IMG/VR virus record: IMGVR_UViG_3300027977_000029 | Span: 7,704-71,703 of that record | Strand: one strand, 5' to 3' | Length of the DNA stretch: 64,000 nt | From: a virus | Part shown: positions 11,301 through 22,400 of the stretch, piece after piece | Layout: every line of letters starts with the position of its first letter | How positions within the stretch are numbered: the stretch's first letter is position 1 | Notes under the pieces: model-generated | Told to the model about the DNA's origin: nothing | The model's database searches: none | What the model saw: the letters and a program-made list of their open reading frames with translations, nothing else | Program-made: the position numbers and the translations under genes

Positions 11301-14300
11301 CTAAAGGTTCCGCACGAGCTGCTTTTGTAAATCGTTACGGCATTAATAACGCTATAACAAAAGGTTTTAATGACGCAATAAGCGGAGCAACTGGTGGTAG
11401 AATATCTCCCTTCCAAAAGGATTTGTTAGCGTATCAGACAGAGCTTGCAAAGCTTACTAGAGAAGCTGATACGGCTGCTAAGGCCTACGACAAAACTTTA
11501 GATGTAATTTACGGTAAACTCTATAGAGTGAAACTCAGCGAAACGTTATTTGAAAAAGTTAAAAAGCAAGTTTCAGAAATTAATGCTTCTCTTGAGCTGG
11601 GCTTAGATGAGACTGGTAAAGGCGTATCTTCTGCAATTCTTGCGAAGATGCAAACGCTTGCCACTCTGAATACTGGAGCAGAAAAGGCTTACCTAGCGTC
11701 TGCTTCAGAAGCGGAACGTGATTTTTATTCGGGACTCTCTGTAGTTGCTAAGAGACGTGCTGAAGCCCTGAAGGCATTTTCGGAAAAATCTAACACAATT
11801 ACTGGTCAAGGCGAGCTTCTTGGTGCTAGCTCAGGTGGAGCCTATGGTGTGAGCGACGCTCTCACATTAGACCGTTTCAAGCAAGTTGGAATTAAGGAGA
11901 GTGGTCAAACAATCCTTGAATACACAGCTATTGGAAAGCAATACAAAGAAGTTTTAGAGGATATCGCTAAGTACCAGGCTGACTTAGATAACCCTCAATT
12001 TGGCGGTAACCACCAGGCTGCATTAAAAGGTTTAGTTCAAAAGTATAGAGAGCTTAATCAAGTTATGAGAGGTTCTACACCTTCAATTAAAGGTGTCTCT
12101 GAGGCTCTTGCAGCTGCTGGTTTTGAAGGTGCTAATATTGACCTTATAGCTGGGTTAGATGAGGGTAGAATTAAAAGTCTACAAAGTGGAATTGCTGCGG
12201 TAGCTCAAGAAGCAGAACTATTCGAGCGTGCCAGTAAGAACGCAGGCCTTGACATTAAAGCCCAGATAGACTTTGTCAGACAGCTTAAAGCTGAGATGGC
12301 AGGTCTTCGTCAAGGCTACGCTGAGGCTAAAAACTTTAGACGCTTTTTAATAATGTCTGACCCGAAACTTAGCAAGGTCGACAAAGCGGCCCAACTGGGT
12401 TCAGAAGGTCTGTTAGCGCCACAAGTAGACTTTGGTAAGTTTGTCGGACTTGGTGAAAAATCTAGGCAGCGAGCCCTCGACTATAGTGCTAATTACAATG
12501 CTGCTACTGAGGCTATTGCAAATTTTAAACCGGGTGATAACGAAGATAGTCTAAAGAAAGCTGTAGAAGCGCAGCGTGTTAACGGCAAAGCACTCGAAAA
12601 GATGTTTGCTGAGCCTTCTTCTAGTAGTGGTTCTAGCGATCCTTTCAAATTCTCTGAGATGCTTTCAATCCTTCAAGAGACAGGCTTTGCTATTGATGCT
12701 CTGGGCTTTAGTAAGTTAGGCGCGACCGCAAGAAAAGAGCTTGCAAGCATTGCCACTGAGATGAGCATTATCGATGATAGAATCGAGAAAGCTACTCCGG
12801 GCGCTGATCTTATGGAATCTCTCGAAAAGAGAGCTGCTCTACTCAAGAAAGCTCTTGACAAAGTCTTTGACAGCTTTAAAACTTCAGGTGCAATGCTGAA
12901 GAGTGGCTTGGATGAAATGGGAATCTCTGATGCTTCAGCAATGAACTTAGAAGTGTCGAGTCTTTCTGATTTGTTCGAACTCTACAAGAAGTCTAAGAAG
13001 GCTAAGTTTGAGTTTAACACTGCTGGCAGCTACGAGACCCAACTGGCAGCTCTAAGAGAGATGGTTAAGAGTGAGCGGGCTGTAGCTAAAGCAGCTATGC
13101 TCGTCAATGATTCCTTCCAGGATCGTCTCAGCCTTGTTAATGAGATGTTTAACACAGACTTTGCCCTGGAAGACTTCGCCACTGTGTTTGCTGATACCAG
13201 GGAAGAGTGGTATAAGCTTGCTGTATTCCTTAAGACTGAGCTTGACAGTATTGAAGCTATCGGTAAGAGCCAAACAGGTTACACTGTTGAACAGCTCAGC
13301 AATATGCAAAGAATGGTGGCTCAAGCCGCTTCTCTTGAAGGTATTATGGCGAAAGCCGGTACTGCTCTCAAGACTTCTTTGAATCTCTCAACAGATGAGA
13401 TGTTTGAGACTATCAAAAGTAACTTTGCCGAACTAGAGCTCAGTGATAACGATATGTTCCGTATCCCGGCCTCTCAACGTCGTCAGATGGTTGAAGATGC
13501 CACTAGGATGGGTGCACTTGTTGAACTTAGCAAACTTCAAGTAAGTTCAGGAATGGCAAAAATCTTAGACGACTTTGCTAAAGCTAATGATCGTTCTTCT
13601 TCTGCTATTAAAGCTGCCTTTGATAAGATGCGTATTGAGGCTTCTAAGCTTACGGGTGAAACAGCTGAGAAGTTCAAGAATCTCTTAGATCCTGCTGGTC
13701 AGAGAACTCCTGAGCTCAATGCAGCTGAGGGTACTGAGAGAAACACAGCAGACATAGTCAAGATCCTTAGCGGTATGAAGCCTGGTGATCTTGCTTCAGG
13801 TGTTGGATCTGGCATTGGCAGAGGCACTTCAGTTCTTAAAAGATTTATCAAGGCTGATACTTCAGTAGAGCCCCTCACAGTAACTGCCGCGAAATCTCTA
13901 GACACTCCTAACAGCCCTAGTTTGATGTCAGTCGATGACGCCACTCAGCAGTTCCTCAGAAAGCAGTCAGACCTTAAAGAACTATACAAGCTGTTTAACA
14001 GAAGTTCTTTCGATTCGGCCACTAGACCTGGGGTTGGCTTAGACGACACTACAGCAGGACTGGCTACAGAAGCTCAACTTCAGAACTATATAGCTGTGAG
14101 AGAAAAGTTCTTAGCACTCACCGAGCAGCTTGAGCTTCTCAGAATTGGTGGCTTTAACAACGATGCTTTGGCTAAACAAGTTGATGATTTCAGGTATGCT
14201 TTAGAGCGGCTTCCTGATGTTATTACGAAGAACATCAACGCAGCCAGAGAAGCTGGTAAGTCACTTGCTGATGGGATGAATAGCACTTTCAAGGATACTC

Positions 14301-15226
14301 TAAAGGGAGTTTTCAAAGGTGAGAAAGGTCCTGGAGAAATCCTCCCGGCACTCCTCAACGAGTTTACCAGCAAGATGGTGGACACCTTTGTTGACAACTT
14401 GACAGAACAATTTTTAGGTGAAGGTTCTGGACTTTATGCCCTATTTGAACAGATAGGCTCTGGCGTTGCTAAAGGCTCTCAGACAATTGGTGGTGGTATT
14501 GCTAAGCGTACTGATGGTCCTGGCTTTGGTATAGCCGACATGCTCTCCAAGTTCATGTCAGGTGGATCACCCTCCGGTGGGCACGCCGGTGGGATTAAGC
14601 CTAGCCAGAATCTTTTAAGCAACGCGCTTAACACTAACTTTGCCGCTCCTGCTGAAGATCTTGCAAACATTACCAGCTCTGCTATGCCTGCGCTTAGCTC
14701 ACACATTGGCGAGTCTTTCCCAAAACTTACTTCTTCAGTGACAGACTTAAGTAAGAACCTAGGAGGCGCTGCCGGTACAGCTGCTGGCGGTGCAGGAGGT
14801 CTTGGTGTCGGTATGTGGGGAGCCCTTGGTGGCATCTTCGGCACACTCATTGCCGGTATGTTTGCTGGAGGCGGTAAGATCGTCGGCCCTGGAACCGGTA
14901 CTTCTGATTCAATCCTTGCAGGTGTTTCTAATGGTGAGTTTATTGTTAATGCGGCTTCAACTAAGAAGTACGGCAGAGTTCTAGAAGCTATTAACTCTAA
15001 TTCCTTAAAGGCTTATGCTGAAGGTGGCTATGTTGGAAACCTTATGATGGGTTCCACACCGCTAAGTGAGAAAGCTGTCACTCAGGCTTCTAGAGATAGG
15101 GCTACAGTAGTGAACCTTCAGATAACTGGGGACATCTCCAGGCAGACCAGGAGTGAAGTCTTCAAAATGCTTCCCGCAATTGCGAATGGCGTTAATGGCC
15201 ATAACAGAGAGCAAGGTGTGAAATAA
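5399..15226 (+). CDS. Tape measure protein (3275 aa)
   Basis: N-terminal tape measure domain (QLQQGISAGALRGEEFNSVAEQ); C-terminal FAGGG.I.GPGTGTSDSI...SNGEFIVNA; follows the chaperones. Confidence 0.93.
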   Translation: MTGVIIDVKTKADSANAELNRLNLNLMNIVKSGNLSNKALGQISAARFKGVTSETQAATKAVKAFGTESRNSVNSANSSAATLARTMNSVKAAAAGAVVAFAAFKSTQGLLAASDGLTNIQNRLKLVSGSMDDLARRQKVLFKVAQSTQASYAATANTFVDFSKSLSRLGASEADVIKVVKTINQAGALSGSSIESLNAAMIQLQQGISAGALRGEEFNSVAEQNKYLMLELAKATGKTVGELRQLAFQGQLTSDVLFKTILKISGSTDKAFNSTVITFSKGTFILKQSISYLVGELAQFTKISEIAGNSVVKMSARLDNFSQNVIGNLRTAVEYASTYLSKLATAEPISLKTKLRVFFDSKDIKNRYQNEIKEILFAYSELFGIETKIKASGLGTWAQSFVSLYDNFIGKTKDTQNAISGFLQEIFSSSTDGVSSVKITVEKILNTVIGIVGIFEAAVRRVSSFLPKIVAPAEIFLVNVATSIYTIVTGIRTVLRDALRPTVRDIQGIFEGLTMYLVSDTRIERAFVKLFQTESLETFTSQLFKVRQAIDSVRLGSLETLLFKVGYTFRRATVPIESFLISINLLDNSILRLNAGAIQRIGMSVDTIVSTIKMLYTDVIWIGLKPILANIAVSIVNFMAVVTDIINDTFDYNTGKWIGSQLAKGFKASAMLLKNILIGIFKPDDIMGKSVFDRFVDLVAKTLIGAFKNVINFTRGLVAGFFSEMNFSVDLFKFLNPTASASAGFKKLVDNILGDITGRLATISKKLSGIFDFSKILAPLVFLKDLFSTIFKYISESIDKVFAELWARASTFSLKYTFSLNTTLLEDGIMIAIRLFESIYYFARNSIKKTEKLVESFTNNVKDMFFDVYDKVVGHSYWPDMISGINMHTRRLNTSEGIVKRFIEKLKSAFKELGELAGPVFDNFGSSFGNLKLAIGSIDYGQVLVNLRDRIAGALVAGLLIGFGGMRGKLLGFGYLFSFITDGVDKAILSTLPTVSKVLGQISADFTKYFVDSFARVVDAVIVVIPKTLDALIEGIFGKVTLFFAHLNPILSSKLLATVTVIGLALASMSRNWPDTISSMIFGEKNARGKVVKEGVLGIFKGFTPAPGEGLLTKLFGDRKEAAALGVLFASTMALESVSVFEALFTAAPLMLYALLGPDAGARLLKDVVTKYLPAFAGQMTLVIAGLMETVGFTSGAQFLKGLVSGTGKGGGTIRKLIESSFSGFSGSNVVSGITAYFSALNTGLSNFRKNSKNYASGAMSLSEAIRDASKSDFAANLARNAASAYQGNAAAMAKPLMDLRLNFKKMGNAIAIDFKKALSSIKTAKLGSSTFGSVFSETLVNAREFSKHMSELFLRGGIIEAAKGAAEKIAFWFTSSFTKILEVAGPFITKFKWLIAGIAAALVAAIALMPKDAFAASLTDPVAGAGEGFAKAALGITAFAAALLAVDRVMKGLNLFKTLKAKATQENLETLAKPFLDQLETASAARLKDFNSKVKGRGSAGARATFEALESSARQAAYQAEIQRLAAAGLGKEGTTKASLKGIAAEFEKIGASITKSVKGTVFSNVWWSTVGSRLSGLFDNISLKMNGKQGAGKVAASTGIGAFFGELLGSMVGGKLFKGLFKKAPTGAASGLAGKATRWSPAMSKYLVDGPSKAGAKLFTNLNGPLVKLAAKGGRVGLVVGGLAAGLATLGGVFTLLAGKGETFKEKLGQIFDTIKGYLGLAPTSQGGREAALEKLLAPGRSNTQAYSFDSTLESMNLKDLSAYAMEDLTSLAQTYSDINRQALKERTLNGQISGETSKQLDMAAKAFNDAAIRNGAKASGGIGTNNYQDYLNSQLDPLMTTFSFISQSLESMDKLNLIKFVQGIFEKKTKELTGAAVALAGGVVVGIKSTIKDVVSKFKEGLTKVSDAAKRGFILAGLRAGPTNLDKGVSSKVSSLIKEFGKDSTLKLDEATQKDLTSKKQDYETKGSARAAFVNRYGINNAITKGFNDAISGATGGRISPFQKDLLAYQTELAKLTREADTAAKAYDKTLDVIYGKLYRVKLSETLFEKVKKQVSEINASLELGLDETGKGVSSAILAKMQTLATLNTGAEKAYLASASEAERDFYSGLSVVAKRRAEALKAFSEKSNTITGQGELLGASSGGAYGVSDALTLDRFKQVGIKESGQTILEYTAIGKQYKEVLEDIAKYQADLDNPQFGGNHQAALKGLVQKYRELNQVMRGSTPSIKGVSEALAAAGFEGANIDLIAGLDEGRIKSLQSGIAAVAQEAELFERASKNAGLDIKAQIDFVRQLKAEMAGLRQGYAEAKNFRRFLIMSDPKLSKVDKAAQLGSEGLLAPQVDFGKFVGLGEKSRQRALDYSANYNAATEAIANFKPGDNEDSLKKAVEAQRVNGKALEKMFAEPSSSSGSSDPFKFSEMLSILQETGFAIDALGFSKLGATARKELASIATEMSIIDDRIEKATPGADLMESLEKRAALLKKALDKVFDSFKTSGAMLKSGLDEMGISDASAMNLEVSSLSDLFELYKKSKKAKFEFNTAGSYETQLAALREMVKSERAVAKAAMLVNDSFQDRLSLVNEMFNTDFALEDFATVFADTREEWYKLAVFLKTELDSIEAIGKSQTGYTVEQLSNMQRMVAQAASLEGIMAKAGTALKTSLNLSTDEMFETIKSNFAELELSDNDMFRIPASQRRQMVEDATRMGALVELSKLQVSSGMAKILDDFAKANDRSSSAIKAAFDKMRIEASKLTGETAEKFKNLLDPAGQRTPELNAAEGTERNTADIVKILSGMKPGDLASGVGSGIGRGTSVLKRFIKADTSVEPLTVTAAKSLDTPNSPSLMSVDDATQQFLRKQSDLKELYKLFNRSSFDSATRPGVGLDDTTAGLATEAQLQNYIAVREKFLALTEQLELLRIGGFNNDALAKQVDDFRYALERLPDVITKNINAAREAGKSLADGMNSTFKDTLKGVFKGEKGPGEILPALLNEFTSKMVDTFVDNLTEQFLGEGSGLYALFEQIGSGVAKGSQTIGGGIAKRTDGPGFGIADMLSKFMSGGSPSGGHAGGIKPSQNLLSNALNTNFAAPAEDLANITSSAMPALSSHIGESFPKLTSSVTDLSKNLGGAAGTAAGGAGGLGVGMWGALGGIFGTLIAGMFAGGGKIVGPGTGTSDSILAGVSNGEFIVNAASTKKYGRVLEAINSNSLKAYAEGGYVGNLMMGSTPLSEKAVTQASRDRATVVNLQITGDISRQTRSEVFKMLPAIANGVNGHNREQGVK

Positions 15227-15816
15227 TGACCTACGGTATCTATGAGGACGGTGCGGTTATCGCTAAGTTTGTTGCCCCACTTCAAGTGACCAGCAATAAG
15301 CCCGTCTTTACATCAGATGCCCTAGATCTCAGCCGAAATGCGGTAGCCTCGAGCGCTCAACGTTGGGAAATTCAAACTAACGTTGAGCCTCTTGTCAGAA
15401 ATGCGCAGGACATATTTGTCCACTTGATTGAGCATGGGCATACTACAGCATTCAATATAATTTGTCCTCAAAACTACGGTGCAGTCTTAGCCAGAACATC
15501 CAATAGCACACCCACAGCAGTTGGTGCTAAGGGTTCTGGCACTGTCACTGTTACAAACAATGAAGGGATGATCCCTAGAGGTACATTTATAAAGTTTGCA
15601 AATCATTCAAAGATCTATATGACTATGAGACCGAGGGCCGATAATGGCCAACTCAGTATTTATCCACCGTTAAGAGTAGCGGTTAATACAACGTTCACTC
15701 ACAGAGATGACGTCATAATGCCTGTTAAGTATGATACTGATGTAATTATCGGCATGGTGTTCACGGACGGCATCGTTCAAGATCCTGGAACGTTGAAACT
15801 AATTGAGGCAATCTGA
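15226..15816 (+). CDS. Distal tail (Dit-like) protein
   Basis: First gene after tape measure; QRWE and IYPPLR motifs. Confidence 0.6.
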   Translation: MTYGIYEDGAVIAKFVAPLQVTSNKPVFTSDALDLSRNAVASSAQRWEIQTNVEPLVRNAQDIFVHLIEHGHTTAFNIICPQNYGAVLARTSNSTPTAVGAKGSGTVTVTNNEGMIPRGTFIKFANHSKIYMTMRPRADNGQLSIYPPLRVAVNTTFTHRDDVIMPVKYDTDVIIGMVFTDGIVQDPGTLKLIEAI

Positions 15817-16403
15817 TGAGAGCATTGTCAGGTAATTTATCAAGAATTATGGATACAGATGCTCCTGAGCTTCTATTGCTCGTACGAATTGAAGACGCTG
15901 CTGGGAGTCTTATTTTAGGCTCTACTTCACACTATGATACTATAACTCTTTCAAACGGCTGGAGTTACGCTTCAAATGGGATCTTGCTAAGTCTTGACCC
16001 TCCTCAACAAACTACAGTGGTCACTAGAGAGCAGTATAAGATATCTTTGGTAGACTCGGATGGGGGTTTGAGAAGCTACGGAGAGAGTTCTCTTTTCGGT
16101 AAGAAACTAGATGTCAGGTTGAGTGCGATGGATCCACTTACTGGCTTACCTTTAACGACTCTCTCAGACCTGTTTGTAATTTATAGAGGTCGTATCAACA
16201 GTGTGAACAGTCGAATTGTGTCTACAGAGATTGGGGAATCAACTCTCAATATCTCTGGTTCAAGTCCCGTAATGAGCCTTGAAATGAAGAATGGTATCTT
16301 CTTCAGTAAAGAAGAAATGCGTCAACGTAGCGGTAACGATTCTTGTGCAGATGATCTGTATGAAGGTTCTGGAGCCACAGTCCTTAAATGGGGTAAAGCG
16401 TAA
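15816..16403 (+). CDS. Tail hub/minor tail protein
   Basis: IYRGRI motif, C-terminal LKWG, synteny. Confidence 0.6.
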   Translation: MRALSGNLSRIMDTDAPELLLLVRIEDAAGSLILGSTSHYDTITLSNGWSYASNGILLSLDPPQQTTVVTREQYKISLVDSDGGLRSYGESSLFGKKLDVRLSAMDPLTGLPLTTLSDLFVIYRGRINSVNSRIVSTEIGESTLNISGSSPVMSLEMKNGIFFSKEEMRQRSGNDSCADDLYEGSGATVLKWGKA

Positions 16404-19400
16404 TGGCAGCTGTAAGTACCATACTTGCGGTAGCAGCGTTCACTATTTCTGCTGTGTCAGCTGCTTACCAAGTAATTCAAGCTAAGAAACTGAAAGAGAA
16501 GGCTGATGCTGCGGCAGAGGCCAGGAAAGGTTTTGAAGTAACTTCGGAAGGGACTGCAGAGAAGCTTCCGATTGTATACGGTAGGGCATTGATTGGTGGT
16601 GTCAGGGCTTGGGCTAAGACTGGTCATAACTTCACGTATCCAGGCACTAGTAACTCTAATAAGAGCTTTTTAACAGGCTCAGCTTCACAATCAGGTTACA
16701 CTCAAGACTTCAGCACCTGGGATACAATAGAGAACTTTAGAGGTGTCTCAGTAGCGCGTAGCCAGAACTTAGTACCTGCCATGGAATCGGGTCACCTTAA
16801 CAAGTCGCTGAGTGGTAAGAAAAATGAGTTTCTTTTCTTCCAACAAGCTCTTTGTATTGGACCTATCCATGCTGTTCATGACATCACGATTGATGGTAGT
16901 CGGTATATCAACGATCCTACAGTAGGTGCATTTACAACCACTGAAGATGACTCTACAGCTCGTATTAGAGCTGCTATGAGAGTGGATTGTCACTACGCAG
17001 GTGGTGTTGCTAGTAACATAATTGCAGCAAACTTCTCAGAACGTGCTGATTCAATCTTTAAAGATGTGGCTTACCTCTCAGGTGTTGTAAGGCTTGACAG
17101 AGATGAACCTCAATTCTCAGGGATGGTTAGTATTCAGGCCCTGATGGAAGGTCGCTTAGTTAAGACAGTTACAAACGGTGTTCTTGCTTCTACCAGGACT
17201 TACTCAAATAACAGTGCACTTTGCTTGTTAGACTACTTGACAGACCCGCTCGGTAAAGACATTCCATTAGACGAAATTGATTTAGCAAGCTTTGAAGCAG
17301 GTGCAATAATCTCTGCTCGACTTGCTAGGTCTTCAGTCCCAGTTGGTGGCAAGATCTTCCAGCCTACTGATGGTTCTAGAGATATCTCGGCTAGGAACTT
17401 ACCGCTCTATGAGTGCAACCTAGTCGTAGACACCAGGAAGTCTGTTAGAGAAAACATCGAAGCCATCCTAGCTACAATGGGTGATGCTCGACTTGTGTGG
17501 TCTGGTGGCGTTTATAAACTTAATATGCAAGTTCCTGAGACGAATGAAGATATTGTCTTAGCTGAAGTAATTGATGATACAAAGCTCTCTTTAGATCAGA
17601 CTATTGAAATCAACTGGCCTAGTGGTGATGACAAACTAAACCATGTTAAAGTCAGGTTCAGCAACGAACATGAAAACTTCAAAGAAGACGTAGTCTCTTG
17701 GCCTCCTAAATATAATAGTTCTTACTACAAAGGTGTTGGCGGACATAAGCTTGCTACAAGTGTAGGTAGCTGGGATGACAGCAAGACTGGTGGTAACCTC
17801 CTAAATAACCATGGGGTTTGGGATAGTACTACAACAACCCACACGTCGGTACACCGCTTTAGAGTTCCTAAGAGTAAAGCTGGAACTTACACTTTAAACT
17901 TTACAGCAGACTCTTCAATCACGATTGCTGTCAAAGACTTCCAAACAAACGTCTCACTCTACTCAGGTACTCATAACAATCAAAACACCGTAGGTAGCGC
18001 TTCTTTAAGTCTTGGTAGTGCCAGTGTTGAGAAGCTCTATGAGATAAGTATCACTGCAACTAAGTCAGGCAATAGCTCTACAAGAGGGGCTGCTGCCAAG
18101 CTTACCAACAGCGGTTCTGTTCTGTGGAGCACTAGAGACGCTACTTACACAGCCTTTGACTTAGTTGAGCAAACTAACAGTATCTATACAAACATGCTCG
18201 CTGAAGATGGCATTGAGTTAGAAGCTGAAGTGTTCTTAAGCGGTTGTACTGATCCGTATCACGCTACAGCTAAAGCTGAAGAAATGGTGAGGACCAGCCG
18301 AACAGCTGCTAAAGTTAAGTTCAACTATAGGATTTCAGATCGCTATCTAGAACCTGGTGATATTATCAGACTTGAGAGTGAGATCCTTAATATTGGCATT
18401 GAAGAGGATTTGTATGTAAGACTTGATGAAGTAAAGGTCCAGGTTGATAGGACCTGTGATCTTTCTGGCTCCAGATTTGATTACAGCCAGTTAGCCTTTA
18501 ATGTGGCTGATGACTTCTATGCTAACCCTGCACCTATTTTCTCAACACGTATTACACCTCCGAGTGATATTGTATACTCTAATGCATTTAATGAGGCCAT
18601 CCAAAACTCAGGTAGGCTTACCTGGGGTGTCTCAAGTGAACCTTCAATACTGCAGTATATTGTCTATGTGCATATTCCGAGCAGCGATGCTAATAGTACA
18701 GCGTACGATGCCTCTGGAGCACCTATCTACACTGAGCTTTGTAGGTCAGAAACCAACACAGTAGTCTTACCACCTATTAGTGCTTCTAGTGCTTACTTCT
18801 GTGTTAAAGTCCTGACTGTAGGCGGACTCTCGCTTGGGGTTTATACAGACCGTGTCACTGCTGTCGAGCTGTCTCATAATTGGCTTAGACGGATTGAGTT
18901 GTCAGCGAGTGCAAACGCCTTTATCGCCAACGCTGGAGGAAGTGTATCTCCAGCCAATTCAGTAATCACGGCCACTGTCTTCAATTATGATTCACCTGTT
19001 TACAAGTGGTTTATCGATGGTGTAGAACAAGTTGGTCAAACCTCTAGTAGTTTAACCCTGGCAAGCTTTAATACGACTGCTTCTAAGACTGTTAAAGTCT
19101 GGGTTAGCGAAGCTGGCTCATTAGATACTCAGGTCTCTTCCTTACCTATTTTCTATTTAGAAGCGGGTGCAGACGGCGCTAATGGTATCAATACAGCAAC
19201 AATTCAACTGTATCAACGCGCTGCTAGTGCTCCAACAAAACCTGCATCTACTCTAACTTACACCTTTGCAACCAGGACTCTCTCAGGAAATCTTGAGAGT
19301 TGGTCTACTACAGTTCCAGCCGGGACAAATCCTGTCTATGTGACAGCTGCTGTTGCTAGTAGCGATGCCACAGCAGACACCATTGTATCCGCCGATTGGG

Positions 19401-22400
19401 CAACACCTGTCGTACTCGTGCAGAATGGTGCCAATGGTGATCCAGGAGCTCCTGGACTAAATAGTGCTACGATAACGCTTTATAAGCGCACTACAGGCAC
19501 TACTCCTGCTGGACCTACTGGTGATGCTGTTTATACCTTTGCTACTGGTGCACTGTCGACAGCAAACCTTAACGGTTGGACTCAGACGATTCCATCAGGT
19601 ACTGCAGCTTTGTGGGCTATCACCCGGTCAGTGAGTACTTCTGCTACAACAAGTACAATCACGTCAGGCCAGTGGTCCACTGCTCAAATCATGGCTCTTA
19701 ATTCAGCCATTGTGTATATCTACAAAAGAGCCACTTCAGTTCCGGCAACTCCTACTGTTAGTGCAACATACAACTGGTCTACAGGAGCTATTACAGGTCT
19801 GGATGGTGGTTGGACTGTAACAATCCCTTCGGGAACTGATCCATTATATGTCTCCGCTGCTACTGTCTTAAACAGTCAAGTTAGTATTGCTTCAAATGCT
19901 TGGTCAACTGCTACTATTCTTTCACAGAATGGTGCAGCTGGCGCAACCGGATCTAATAGTGCAATTGTCACACTCTATAGACGAAGTGCCACATCACCTG
20001 CAGTTCCTACGGCTACTCTAACTTATACCTTTGCAACAGGTGTGCTTAGTGGAACACTTAGTGGCTGGACTCAGAGTATCCCTTCAGGTGCTGATCCGCT
20101 ATACGCAATTCTGGCAACTGCGACATCGACAGGTGCTACGGACACTATTGCAACAGCTGAGTGGTCAACTCCTGGGATCCTTGCGCAGAATGGCTCTGAG
20201 GGTGCCCCTGGGCTAAACAACGCCACTGTGATCCTTTATAGACGAGACACAGTCGTCCCTCCGGCTCCGGCAGCTACGCTAACTTATACCTTTGCAACAG
20301 GTGTGCTTAGCGGAACACTTAGTGGCTGGACTCAGAGTATACCTTCCGGGACAGACCCAATTTACTCAATATCCGCTTTAGCTTCTGCCACTGGAGCTAC
20401 AGACTCTATTGCTACAGGTGAGTGGACTATCCCGAGAGTTGTTGCTCAGAACGGTGCTGATGGTGCAGATGGTTTAAATAGTGCTACAGTAACGCTCTAT
20501 AAAAGAGCTACATCAGCTCCTGCTGTTCCAGTGTCATCTCTGACTTATACTTTTTCAACAAGCTTAATAAGTGGAGCTCTTGACGGTTGGACTCAGAACA
20601 TTCCTACCGGTGTTGACCCTCTTTATGCAACCTTAGCTACAGCTACTTCCACAAGCGGGACTGATATAATCCTAACAGCTGAATGGTCCACTCCGAGAGT
20701 TGTTGCTCAGAATGGTGTGGATGGTCTTAACTCTATTACAGTTATGTTGTTCCAACGAACTGCAACTGACACAGCCCCTGCTGTCCCCTCTGGTAGTTTA
20801 ACTTATACTTTCGGGACAGGAACTTTAACAGGGACTTTAGGTAGTTGGACGAGAAGCGTTCCAGCTTCCGGTGGAGCTTACTGCTGGGTTACTTCAGCAG
20901 TAGCGTCTAGTAACACTGCTTCAGACACAATAGCTAGTGTTGACTGGACCTCACCTACTGTCATGTCCAGAGATGGGACAAACGGGACTAATGGAGTAGC
21001 AGCAATAAGTGCTGTACTCTCTAAGCCTGCTGTAACAATTAGGACTGACATCAACGGTGATAATGGTGACTTTTCAGCGTCAGGAACCACTCTCTACGTG
21101 TATGAGGGTAGTACCCCTCTAACGTACGATGGAGTTGGCACAGCTGCTGGAACTTGGAGAGTCACTGTTACAGGCTCTTTAATCACACCAGGCGCTGTAA
21201 CTGATAGCGGGGCTTTTGCTACTGTTGCAAACATCACAGCTATCTCGTCTAATAATGGTAAGATCACTTTTGATGTAGCCGGTAAACGTGCAGACGGATC
21301 AACGTTCACTATCACTTCTGAGCAGACTTTCACTAAGGTTTTAGGTGCAATCTTAGATACGACACCTCCGGCTGCTCCCACGAACCTTGCTGTTGCTTGG
21401 ACAGTTGAGACTCTGAACGATGGTTATGTTCAAGTTAAAGGTCTCTTGACTTGGACAGCTTCAGCTAGTGCTGACATTGGTTCCTATGAGCTAGGGATTA
21501 GAGAGACTGGAGCACCTGCGTATGTTACCTTCCCAGCAAGTGGCACTTCATTTGAGCGTATCTTCAAGTTAAACCAAGCTTATGATTTCAGTCTAGTAGC
21601 TGTTGATAAGTCAGGAAACCGTAGTACAGTACCTCTTACGCTGCTTAATCAGACTTCCTCAAGGGATACAACTGCACCGGCAGCTCCTACACCTGATGCT
21701 GCTAATACTAAGTCCTCACTAAGAAGTGCATTCTTACGGTGGACCAACGTAGCAACTTCAGATCTAGCGAGAGTTCTAATCTATGAAGCAGTAGTTAACA
21801 ATGGAGCATCAGCTCCTACTTCAGCTTCAGCATTACTCATAAGTGTTGTTAATGCTTCACCATCACAAGTTGGTGGCTACACAAGGGCGGGTCTAGATGC
21901 AACTAAGGATTATTACTACTGGTTCAAGTCTGAAGACACCTCCGGTAATATATCTGCTGCGTTTTCTACGGTACTAGGGCCTATAGCGTCTTCCAAGTTA
22001 GCTAATGATGATATAACAGCTGACTCTATAAACGCTAACAAACTTGCCTCTAATACAAGCTTACCTGCTTCACTTTTGATTGGACAGACTGGTTTTAGAC
22101 TTGACGTGAACCCTGCATCGATAATCAACGATCCGGACATAGCTCATGGACAGTCTGTCGTGGCAATTGAACCCGGAAGAATTCTTGTTTCAGGCTCAAC
22201 CTACCTCAGCGATTGGCGTAGCGGGGCTGACGAGACAAAGATCAACGGTGGTGTTGTTGCTGCTAACTCAATTCTTGCTAGTAGTATTACAGTCGGAGCT
22301 CGTGGTCTTGAAATCTCAGGTTTAAACTTTTCAATAACTTCTAACACTCAGGTCAGCTGGACTGCTGGTACAATTACTTATATCAGTGACTCGGGGACAA

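Noticed and set aside
7096-14850. Many minus-strand ORFs of up to 193 aa inside the tape measure gene, and similar ones inside other genes
   Set aside because: They are antisense shadows of the coding strand with no recognisable motifs, and the genome is otherwise unidirectional.
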